From Octopus bimaculoides (taxonomy: Eukaryota), in contig NC_068997.1 of NCBI RefSeq assembly GCF_001194135.2, positions 34,367,840-34,404,852 of the forward strand: a DNA stretch of 37,013 nt, in the 5' to 3' direction. Position 1 is the first letter of the stretch. Each line of letters starts with the position of its first letter. The notes beneath the pieces were generated by a model. That model did no database searches, was not told the origin of the DNA, and was given only the letters and a program-made list of their open reading frames with translations. Position numbers and translations under genes: made by a program. Of this stretch, positions 1-10,619 are shown one piece after another.

Positions 1-425
1 CAGCTCAATTTCATTCGTTCTCAGTCGAAAGACACCTTTTGTTATATTCTTGTTGTTTGTATTTGTAATTGTGTACCATGTTCTCCGTTTTTGGTCTTTG
101 TTGCCGTACACATTCGCTAACCTACAAAAAATCTAATGCTCTTAGCTTAGACTTTTTGGGGGGCAACCAGATCGAACTGTCTGAAGTGTAACTGCCCGAA
201 ACAGTAAGGACTTCTGGTAACTTGACTGAGGAAAGAAGGCCACGAATGACTGGTCTTTTTTTTCCCTATCCTTCTAATTGTTGTTTCTCCAGTCCGCCTT
301 TTTATCGCCTATCTGTCCGAATGTTTTATTGTCCTCTATTGTGTTTTTCTGTTCCATTTTTATATTTATATATACACCAGCATGACCGCAGCCACTTGGC
401 TGAAACACATAAATAAATAAATATA
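1..425 (+). mobile_element. Unclassified retroelement 3' end (T-rich UTR, terminal stem-loop, (TAAA)n tail); possibly a Penelope-like terminus
   Basis: Ends in CCAGCATGACCG-CAGCCACTTGGCTG-AAACACATAAATAAATAA, which aligns with the SINE 3' tail at 34386-34435 (minus). Degenerate CTGAnG...CGAA motifs at 180-250. No coding signal. Confidence 0.35.
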
Positions 426-460
426 GCGGCGTACGTACACACTTGTGCTCACCTATATAT

Positions 461-550
461 ACACATACATGCATACATAATACATACATACATACATACA
501 TGTGTGTGTGTGTGTATGTGTGTATGTGTATATATATATATATATAGATG

Positions 551-588
<38 letters not shown>

Positions 589-670
589 TATAAAGAGGGA
601 GAGAGAGAGAGAGAGAAGAAGAGAGACAGAGATGAGGGGAGAGAGCGATAGACAGAGAGATAGATAGATA
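461..670. repeat. Compound microsatellite (ATAC)n-(GT)n-(AT)n-(GA)n
   Basis: Directly visible tandem repeats. Confidence 0.95.
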
Positions 671-873
671 AAGGCAATTTAATATAAGTAAAGAATATAT
701 GAAAAAATGATAAAAATCTGTAAACAGAGACTAATGACTCGCTACAGGAACAGTGTCAAATCTCATAGGTACTTCTATTCATAGTGACTTCGGAGTTTTG
801 CCGATAGTCTGACGATGTCACTACAAGAGAAGTATGGAAGTCACAGTGACTAAAATTATGCGCGTGCGTATAT

Positions 874-1100
874 NNNNNNNNNNNNNNNNNNNNNNNNNNN
901 NNNNNNNNNNNNNNNNNNNNNNNNNNNNNNNNNNNNNNNNNNNNNNNNNNNNNNNNNNNNNNNNNNNNNNNNNNNNNNNNNNNNNNNNNNNNNNNNNNNN
1001 NNNNNNNNNNNNNNNNNNNNNNNNNNNNNNNNNNNNNNNNNNNNNNNNNNNNNNNNNNNNNNNNNNNNNNNNNNNNNNNNNNNNNNNNNNNNNNNNNNNC
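874..1100. other. Assembly gap (others at ~4890, 5911-6531, 13796-14165, 16909, 17184, 19064-19691, 28087-28795, 30087-30941, 31684, 34554-34722)
   Basis: N runs, most of them flanked by microsatellites. Confidence 0.99.
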
Positions 1101-2320
1101 CCTCGCTCCCTCCCTCCCTCACACTCACACACACATATGCATACACTCATATATATATGTATATAGAAAATCAAAATGAACTAAGCAAGCAGTTGTTAAT
1201 AACCGATAGTGAACCATGTCAGTGGAGTTAGCAATATAAATATTAAATAATACGAAATCCTCTGACACATGGTAGTTACAATACTCAGTAAAAACACTTA
1301 AACCAAGTACATGATATATTCTACACGGACCAATGCATGATATTTATAGAATGGATGAATATATGATTGAAAATGTTATAAAATAAAATAAACATAATAG
1401 GAATCAAAAGTTAAAACATCACCAAACACGAAAATTAAGAACATTCTCAACTTGACGATACCACAAATCTGAAAGGTACAGAAGATACTTCAGCCAACAA
1501 GCTTAATATAAATTGAAAATTTCAAGACTCAAACTATTGTTACATCTATCAGACTCTTTTTCCGTTGATCGGTCATGCATTTACTACAAGGCACTATGAC
1601 ACCAGAGCGTAATTCAGACAGAATACGAAACAAAACTAGATAGAAAAACATTACTTGATAACACAGTCATTCTATACTGAGTTGCGTAAAAATAAAACTA
1701 GATTAGCTGTGGAAACTTTGGTTACAGCTAAAGAAAATAGGACATAGATATGTCTTTTTAAAAACTGTTATTAATAGTCAATGTACCATGAAGTTAACGG
1801 TTAAACAGTTTAAATATCATAATGATGAATGTACCAGTAAGTAACAATATAATTCACTTAGTGTTTGTTGCATATAATAAAAGCCTCTGCCATCCCATTT
1901 CTTTTAGTCGATATGATCGAGAACGTAATAAAACGTTAATGGACGTCGGAAGGCTGTTGTAACCCGAATATAAAAGACTAATAATGAAGTATGAAAAAAA
2001 GCTCAAACCCAGTTGTGTTTAATTTAACAAGCTTGAAAAGCAGCTGCTCCCTATATACACATACATGTAAACAGACATATATATGCACACATACATGCAT
2101 ACACGCATACATTTATACATATACATACATATATTTGTATGTGTATGTATATAAGAAATTTACAGGCGAGATATTTGGAAATTAGATGAGTTAATATGCA
2201 TGTAAATACACAGAAGTAGACAACAACTAGTAGACGGTAGAATGATGCAGTAATAAACAAGTATACGGAGAAATATATATAAATACAAAAGGATAGATAA
2301 GTTCACACACATAAATAAAG

Positions 2321-2325
<5 letters not shown>

Positions 2326-2395
<70 letters not shown>

Positions 2396-2450
2396 TTCTC
2401 TTTCTCTCTTTTTCTCACACATACACACACACACACTCACACAACATACA
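2326..2450. repeat. (CT)n-(CA)n microsatellite
   Basis: Directly visible. Confidence 0.95.
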
Positions 2451-2625
2451 CACATGCATGAATTAGTACGTGTTTAAACGAAAAGAGTATATATGGTCAT
2501 TGTAAAGTCCTTGTATAATTTTAAATTTTATTATCCATATGAGAGACGTAATCTATACATAAGATTTCGAGGGCTTAATACAACTAATATATCAACGTCA
2601 ATAAAAGAATGTATGTTTGGATGTA

Positions 2626-2647
2626 CGTACGTATGTATGTATGTATG

Positions 2648-2678
<31 letters not shown>

Positions 2679-2852
2679 GTATGTATGTATTTATTTATGT
2701 ATGTATGTATGTATGTATGTGTGTGTATCCATGAATGTATGTGTGTGTATCCATGAATGTATGTATATATATGTATGCAGGTATGTATGTATGTATACGT
2801 ATATGTGTATATGTATCTATATAATATATATGTGTGTGTGTGTGTGTGTGTG
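2626..2852. repeat. (TATG)n/(GT)n compound microsatellite
   Basis: Directly visible. Confidence 0.95.
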
Positions 2853-3133
2853 TTCATCCAGAAGAGAAAAAAATAAAGATATTTCAATTGTATTTTATGG
2901 AGACATGCAAATACTTTAAACGTATGATTAGAACTTCAAAAATTACGACAGTGTCTCTATAGTTGTGAACGTAGAAACGATGAACTGTGACCAACAGCTT
3001 AAAAGCAAATGTATTAAAAATTCGAAAATATAATAAATTCTTTCACTTTTTCTTTTTACAGATTAATACACTCATAAATAGGAAAAAAAACTTATAACAA
3101 ACTGAAATTGTACAAAGGCCTCTAAAATGATAC

Positions 3134-3174
3134 TACATACATACATACATACATATATACATACATATATATAT

Positions 3175-3263
<89 letters not shown>

Positions 3264-3320
3264 CATACATACATACACATCAATAACACACACACATATA
3301 TATGTATGTGTGTGTATGTT
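3134..3320. repeat. (ATAC)n-(CA)n-(AT)n compound microsatellite
   Basis: Directly visible. Confidence 0.95.
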
Positions 3321-4509
3321 TGTGTACAATGAAAATTCAAGATAGTACGTGTATGTATGCATGTATGGTGTATATATGTAATATATGCATAGGGAAAGAA
3401 AGAGGGGAGAGTTGAATGAGTGAGAGGGAGAGATAGATCGTTGTATTACCTGAATGACTCTGAAGTACAGTTAACCATTTATGTACGACGTCTCCATAAA
3501 CCGGGCGAAATGTGTGGACATTTTAAATTAGAATGGACAAAAACAAGCACCTGACGAGACAGATTCATTTCTGTCTCCATAGAAACCTACTTATTAACCA
3601 AATTACTCACCTATTTACCTGCACAAATGCCTTCATTTATACATACACGTATGCACCCATGCATAATAACATTCACCCTACCTGCATACGTATTGTTGTT
3701 CTTATATAAACACTTATATACCTAAATAACTACCTTCCAACATAGGATCACATATACGCATTCCTCTCTGTCAACATGTATACATATGTTCACATATATA
3801 CATACACATACGCATATACATATTTGTATGTATTTAGGCATTTATATGTACATACTTAAATACACACATTTATGTACAGACATAAATACACACACAGGCA
3901 CTCGTCATTATACATTGCGCACACACTAGATACACGCATACATACACACATATATTTATATATGTCCACATATAATTTCAGTGAGCTTCAGGTACATAGT
4001 TTAATATTTAAGCGCACGCGTACCAAACCTCACGCGTACCAAAACTCACACACAGAAACACACACGCGCGCAAATATACACAAATACACACAAAAGCACA
4101 ATACAAAGGAGTGAGGATATGTAGGAAGTGTTGATTTGAAGGTTAATGTTCTTAAAAAGGTAGAGTGTACTGAGTGCATATAGAAAACCTGAGACTTGCA
4201 TATCTGTTATAGTCACTGTAGAGCAACATTAACTGGTGAAATCTGTATGAATCTATATCTTAATAAGGGTGCCAGTTGGAGTTGAGTACGGTCTTGATAA
4301 TAAAACTATATTGATAATTAACAACAATAGAAATAAAATGAAGTCTACATAGTAGTGAAACTTAGAGAAGACCGAACCAAATTAGTGGCTTGACCTGTTA
4401 GAAATAGTAGAAAAGTTCATATTGAATTACACTTAATCACCTTGAAAAGAGAGCGAACATTGGATAATGTATCCTTAGAAAGACCTGAATAGATATAACT
4501 AGATGGACT

Positions 4510-5113
4510 TTATTCACAACTTGCATGATAGAGCTGCACAATATATTCACTGGGTAATATGCAAAAACCTGGACTTGCCCCATGATAAAAACTGGTGGAA
4601 ACACAAACCACCCCCAGTACTTGAAAATGATCACATTGCACTCCTCTGGAACTTCACCATTCAAACTGACAGAAAGATAGATGCAAATAGGCCAGACATA
4701 ATACTGAAAGACTTCAGACAAAAATCATGCCTCCTCATTGATATGACTGTCCCAATCGATATAAACGTATCTGTCAAGACCTACCAAAAACTGAGCAAAT
4801 ATAAAGATCTTGAAATAGAAATTAGCAAAATGTGGAATCTGAAGACGAAACCAATACCTATTGTCATAGGTGCCCTGGGAATGACAGCGNNNNNNNNNNA
4901 CGTAAAATACTGTCTATGTGATCTCAAATTTTAAAGCAAACACATAATTTTCTTATGGTTTCTTAAACATTCACTTGAACAAAACTGTACAAATCCAAAT
5001 ATATGGTACCCTAGGCATAACACCTACATGAACTTCTAACTTGTTGTCTCTTGAGGTCTCTGGGTGAGACTTGGATCCAACTTGTACAAATGCAAAACAA
5101 AAGTCAAACATAA

Positions 5114-5191
<78 letters not shown>
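4510..5191 (+). mobile_element. 5'-truncated RLE non-LTR retrotransposon (R4/Dong-like): endonuclease C-terminus, 3' UTR and (AAT)n tail
   Basis: HDRAAQYIHW...NRPDIILKD...LLIDMTVP...KYKDL...PIVIGALG is the PD-(D/E)xK restriction-like endonuclease. After a 10-N gap the ORF ends RKILSM*, followed by a 3' UTR and about 25 AAT units (5114-5191). Confidence 0.9.
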
Positions 5192-5192
<1 letters not shown>

Positions 5193-5550
5193 GTAATTTC
5201 TTTTATTGGCCAAAAGGGCCCAAGACATGGAAGGCAATATCGAAGGACGAGCTACAGCACAAAAAAATTACAAAAACATGTAGGGTTAACATCAGTCAAG
5301 GGGAGATACTACCACATTAAAGGATATTTCAGAGGATATATAATAGAAAGTAGAGAAATAAATAATAAATAAATAAATAGAAACCTCAATACCGGGGCAG
5401 TCCACTTAGGGTAAATCCCACACAAAAATCCTGGATTACTGTGCCGTCTCCAAGGCATAGAAAAGTTCTCTCTTCTATTTTCTATCCTCCTGCATAGAAA
5501 AGCATATTCAGAGTAGATCCATTCCGTCTCACCAGTCTTGTCACTGTCGA
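5192..5550 (-). mobile_element. Tx1/L1-like LINE 3' end (last codons, 3' UTR, (TTA)n tail)
   Basis: Minus strand reads VTRLVRRNGSTLNML, matching the C-terminal WVNVVKMVGVNGSTL of the Tx1-like copy at 8165-8410. It ends AATAAAAGAAATTACC followed by (ATT)n. Confidence 0.65.
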
Positions 5551-5686
5551 CTACTTTTTTTATTGGCCACGAAAGGATGAAAGTCAAAGTCGACCACGGC
5601 GGAATTTGAACTCAGAATGCGAAGACAGACGATATGCCGCTAAGCATTTTGCCCGGCGTGCTAACGATTCTGCCAGCTCGCCGCTT
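5550..5686 (-). mobile_element. tRNA-derived SINE (family A), 5' part
   Basis: Minus strand GCGGCGAGCTGGCAGAATCGTTAGC (A-box-like) and GAGTTCAAATTCC (B-box-like). Aligns with the copies at 7395-8100 and 24033. Confidence 0.85.
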
Positions 5687-5692
5687 TGAATA

Positions 5693-5703
5693 TGATGATG
5701 TAA

Positions 5704-5795
<92 letters not shown>

Positions 5796-5825
5796 AATAA
5801 TAATAACAACAACAACAACAACAAC

Positions 5826-5880
<55 letters not shown>
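5693..5880. repeat. Compound trinucleotide microsatellite (GAT)n-(AAC)n-(AAT)n
   Basis: Directly visible. Confidence 0.95.
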
Positions 5881-6532
5881 TTGGCATAGCTTCCAGTGTA
5901 TATAGGTCCCNNNNNNNNNNNNNNNNNNNNNNNNNNNNNNNNNNNNNNNNNNNNNNNNNNNNNNNNNNNNNNNNNNNNNNNNNNNNNNNNNNNNNNNNNN
6001 NNNNNNNNNNNNNNNNNNNNNNNNNNNNNNNNNNNNNNNNNNNNNNNNNNNNNNNNNNNNNNNNNNNNNNNNNNNNNNNNNNNNNNNNNNNNNNNNNNNN
6101 NNNNNNNNNNNNNNNNNNNNNNNNNNNNNNNNNNNNNNNNNNNNNNNNNNNNNNNNNNNNNNNNNNNNNNNNNNNNNNNNNNNNNNNNNNNNNNNNNNNN
6201 NNNNNNNNNNNNNNNNNNNNNNNNNNNNNNNNNNNNNNNNNNNNNNNNNNNNNNNNNNNNNNNNNNNNNNNNNNNNNNNNNNNNNNNNNNNNNNNNNNNN
6301 NNNNNNNNNNNNNNNNNNNNNNNNNNNNNNNNNNNNNNNNNNNNNNNNNNNNNNNNNNNNNNNNNNNNNNNNNNNNNNNNNNNNNNNNNNNNNNNNNNNN
6401 NNNNNNNNNNNNNNNNNNNNNNNNNNNNNNNNNNNNNNNNNNNNNNNNNNNNNNNNNNNNNNNNNNNNNNNNNNNNNNNNNNNNNNNNNNNNNNNNNNNN
6501 NNNNNNNNNNNNNNNNNNNNNNNNNNNNNNNN

Positions 6533-6804
6533 TCTTCTTCTTCTTCTTCTTCTTCTTCTTCTTCTTCTTCTTCTTCTTCTTCTTCTTCTTCTTCGTATTT
6601 ATTAGGTAGTATGATTTCTTGTTTGTAATTGTCAGCTTCCTTAAATACTGAAAACAGTTTTTTGTTTTGCTCGTGTTTTGTGGCTGTTTGTATTAGTTTT
6701 CCTTGCTTCTGAAGTAAGTATTTTTGCAGTCCTATGGTGGTTATTTCATAACAGTTCTCCAGCTGTATAAGACCCCTACCACCTTCTGTACGTTGTATAT
6801 AAAG
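6533..6804 (-). mobile_element. R4/Dong-like LINE fragment (post-RT region) running into an in-frame poly-Glu (GAA)n tract
   Basis: Minus strand open frame LYIQRTEGGRGLIQLENCYEITTIGLQKYL...NKYEEEE, homologous to LYLPRKEGGRGLLQLE in the 13 kb copy. Confidence 0.8.
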
Positions 6805-7333
6805 TAGTCCAAGAAAATAGGACGAATGCTGCTGTTGATTAGTTCCGAGAGGCGATCGCCTCTAGCTAGCTATATGACGCACGAACCTGATTCCATAAAC
6901 CTTCGAACAGGGGAAGTCACCAACTTCCCCTTTGCTGACTTGGTATCCACAGACCGGTTTCGGAGTAGCTGCCCCTTATTAATGTGGAGCAGCCGAGTCC
7001 AGCAGGGGTCGCTGTTGACATCTGTTCGAAGGTTTTACTTTAGAGAGATTTAGAAATTATAACATTTCTATTTTTGAAAATCAGTAAATGTGTTTCACTG
7101 AATATATAAACCTTCGAACAGAGGTCAACGGTGACCCCTGCTGGACTCGACTGCTCCACATTGATGAGTGGAAACCGGTCTGTGGATGCCAAGCCAGCAA
7201 AGGGAAGTTGATGACCTCCCCTGTTCGAAGTTTTATGGACGCAGGTTCGTGCGTCATATAGCTAGCTAGAGGCGATCGCCTCTCGGAGCTAATCAACAGC
7301 AGCATTCGTCCTATTTTATGGACTGCCACGTTA
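6805..7333. mobile_element. Foldback/MITE-like element, ~230-bp inverted arms with ~70-bp AT-rich spacer
   Basis: Left arm AGTCCAAGAAAATAGGACGAATGCTGCTG... (to ~7036) is the reverse complement of the right arm (7107 to ...CAGCAGCATTCGTCCTATTTTATGGACTGCCACGTTA). The terminus is shared with 27568-27763. Confidence 0.85.
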
Positions 7334-7394
7334 GTTTGGTAATAAATGTTAATATATAAAACACTTCGCTCATTATTATATTAGGGGATGGCTT

Positions 7395-7597
7395 CAAATT
7401 TTTGCCCGAGGCCAGCAACCTCGGGGTGGGGTAAGTCGATTTCATCAACCCCAATGCTTCACTGGTAGATATTTTATCGACTCCGAAAAGATGCAACGCA
7501 AAATCGATCTCGGTAGAATTTGAACTCAAAACGTAAAGTCAGAGGAAATGCCGTCAGGCATTTTGCCCGGTGCGCTAAAGATTCTGCCAGCTCGCCG
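7395..7597 (-). mobile_element. tRNA-derived SINE (family A)
   Basis: A/B-box head (GGCGAGCTGGCAGAATC, GAGTTCAAATTC) and a body aligning with the adjacent copies. Confidence 0.85.
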
Positions 7598-7628
7598 ACT
7601 AAACAAACAACAACAACAATGATAATAA

Positions 7629-7830
7629 TTCTTTCTATTACAGTTACAATGCCTGAAATTTCTGTTGAGTGGGGCTAGTCGATTACATTGACTTCAGTGC
7701 TCGACTGGTACTTATTTTATTGATCCCCAGGAAGACGAAAAGGAAAGTCGATCTCGGCGGATTTGAACACAAAATGTAAATGCATATAAGCATTTTGTCC
7801 GACGCGCTAACGGTTCTGCCATTTCGTCTT
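7629..7830 (-). mobile_element. tRNA-derived SINE (family A), diverged
   Basis: Same head and body; 3' end AGAAAGAA followed by (TTA/TTG)n. Confidence 0.8.
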
Positions 7831-7835
7831 ATAAT

Positions 7836-7885
<50 letters not shown>

Positions 7886-7886
<1 letters not shown>

Positions 7887-8098
7887 TCTTTCTACTGTAG
7901 GCACAGGACCTGAAATTTAAGGGAGGGAGATAGTCGATTACATCGACTCCAGTTTTTCACTGGTACATAATTTATCGACCCCGGAAGGGTGAAAGGCAAA
8001 GTCAAATTCAGTGGAATCTGAGATCAGAACGTAGCGATGAGTGAAATACCATTTAAGCATTTCGTCTGGCGTGCTAACGATTCTGCCAGCTGACCACC

Positions 8099-8100
<2 letters not shown>
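7886..8100 (-). mobile_element. tRNA-derived SINE (family A) with (TTA)n tail
   Basis: Same head and body; flanked by (AAT)n at ~7840-7885 and 8101-8156. Confidence 0.85.
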
Positions 8101-8157
<57 letters not shown>

Positions 8158-9975
8158 CCTTTCTTTATAATAAAGAAAGGCTACAAGGGCCGACAAAAGT
8201 AAGATTTGGACATTTGCTCAAAGTAGACCCGTTGACACCGACCATCTTCACCACATTCACCCAACTTTTAACAAAATTGCTGGAAGTCAGCACTTCTTTC
8301 TCAATCCTCACTTTCCTTTTCAGATTGATGAGGGGTAGGCCAAAGAGAAAAGTATTAGTCATCAGCCCTTTTAATCTAGACCACTCTGCAACCTCTTTCG
8401 CTACAGTCACAAAACAGATGAAAATTGCCTTCCCTTGCTAATGGAAGGCGGTGGGACAATCTTCATGATAGAATCAGCCGACACGCGGACACGTCCTACA
8501 CGTGACAGCAAGTGTTCGACATAAACCCATATATCAGACTGGTGAGTTAAAATTCATCAACGCCTAGAGTCTCCCTAAGAACGTCGTCATTTCCTTTCAC
8601 CACTAACCCTCTATACAATGCTCTAGTTCTCCAGTTGGAGGTCCAGTCCGAAACAGACCCCGAGCATTTTTACAGGCCCGACCGTCCAACGTCCTACAAT
8701 GCTGTCGGGCGACATGGATCTGCCTTTCTAGGTGCCGAGCTGCAGGCCTGCCGTCTTTTCCGGATTAATCTTTGCTCCCGTTACTTCATCGTATTCTTTC
8801 ACAGTAGAGCTGACCAGGTCTATGTGCTTCTCGTCCGACACTATAACGGTGACGTCGTCTGTGTATGCCGATACAACTCTCCCACATCCTAGTTCACGCG
8901 AGATGACCCTCGACGACTCCAGTTTCCGAAGTAATAGCTCGAGGGTCAGTACATACAGATAGGACGAGAGTGGACACCTTTGACACCCAGACTACCGAAC
9001 AGATGTCACTGTAGATGACAGCGATCCAAACGCGGAAAACCGGACCGAAAGCGGCCGCCGTGAGAACAGCCGCCAGGTATTGATGGTCAACCCTATCAAA
9101 GACTTTTCACTTATCTAAATTGATCAGAACCTCACCCATGCCAGGTTCCTTAACTACCCTATCCAAGATGTAGCGCATGAGGTAGAGGTTGTCGTGGACG
9201 GTTTGGAACGGTGCATATTTGTGCGTCTCCAACCAGTTTCTCGATGACTAAAACTTTGGTCAAAATTCACTAACACTTTGACAAAAATTTTCATGTCCAC
9301 ATTAAGCAGAATGATAGGCCGAAAATTATCTAATACTTACCCCTTGCTTGGATCCTTTCTCAGCAGTAGCACTGCTTCTCGGCTCACAGATTTGGGAATC
9401 CTCTCATTCTGCTGCCAGTTGCAGTAGATATCTGGCAAGAGGCTTGCAAACAAGTGAGGCATACTAGAATAAAGCTCGTAGGGCAGACCATCTAATCCTG
9501 GTAATTTGTTCCCTTTGCAGTCAATTATCTCGTCCTCTACTTCCTAAATTGTTATCAGCTTTTCACAACACTCCGCATCTCTTGCTGAGCGCACACATCT
9601 GCTCCGGCTCGTTCACCGTGCGCACATTTTGGTCCACCAAATACCGAATGGTGTTTTTGTTGCCATATTGCGCCTCATCCACTCGGACCCATCGAGCAGC
9701 TTTGGTTCCTTCTTGTCTTAGAGCACGTGCCTTCGCTCTGACACCTTCGTGTTTGGCGTTGAAGTGTCATCGCGGGCCAACCTCGCTGCCAGCACGTCAG
9801 TTGCAATGCCTTTCCTAAGCGTCTCTTCTAACTTTCTTACTAAATCACCCTCTGATATATTTCTTTCTACAGCTAAAACTTTGCTAAATATTACTGATTC
9901 TGTTTTGATGGTCCTTCTTAGGTTATACCATCATTTATTGTTGACAATTGGCCTCGTCAATGCTTTCTGAACTAC
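8158..9975 (-). mobile_element. Tx1/L1-clade LINE ORF2 remnant (RT domain to 3' end), frameshifted and internally deleted
   Basis: Minus strand motifs NKLPGLDGLPYELY, NFRPIILLNVDMKI, HDNLYLMRYI, NLDK*KVFDRVDH, CPLSSYLYVLTLE, AYTDDVTVIV. C-terminal RLKGLMTNTFL...NGSTL and a (TTA)n tail. Confidence 0.9.
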
Positions 9976-10619
9976 GTACTACACCATGCCCTCCATACAA
10001 AAACAAATCTGATATACTAACATCGATGGAATGGGAATAATGAACCTGTGGAAGACTTGAAGGAAGTGGCCTTTTAACGAGCATAACCACAAAAAACGAA
10101 ATTTTAGTGCCATAGAAAGCACAGCCTCTCCCATGCACGATGTCTCAGGGAAAGGTGTGCGAAATAAACATCGGAAAGTTTACAAATTATAAAATATAAG
10201 TGGAACAAAACAGTATGTAAATGGATTAATTACGCATACACTCGAATGTCAATACAATCATATATACGTTTTAATACCCATAAGACTACACATATACCCC
10301 AATATTTACACAACTACGTTATAATGACAGGACACACATACACACATATGAAAGCACGTGTCAGAAACGAAGCAAAACAATAACAAAGCAATTTTCTTCC
10401 AGCTAACACAGAGTGAACAATTCATAAGTTTAAAAACACCACGAAGAAACTATGCCCGGAGATAAATCTGTCAAGAACAACAACAAAAAAAACAACAAAA
10501 TACTGATGAATACAGATCTGGTAGCCTTCAAAAGCTACGTTACGAGCAATGTCTTCATTCAGAGAAATCGGAGGCGGTGTTTCCTCAAAAGTTAACCTCA
10601 AACAGAAAGATCCGTTTCC

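Noticed and set aside
3551-3590. CTGACGA-GACAGA/TCTGTC hairpin-...GAAAC resembling a hammerhead
   Set aside because: Six extra nucleotides before GAAA, and no stem III/NUH or stem I pairing.
10500-10545. CTGATGA just upstream of LINE A, a possible 5' ribozyme
   Set aside because: No GAAA (AAAAG instead), and no stem I or stem II can be drawn.
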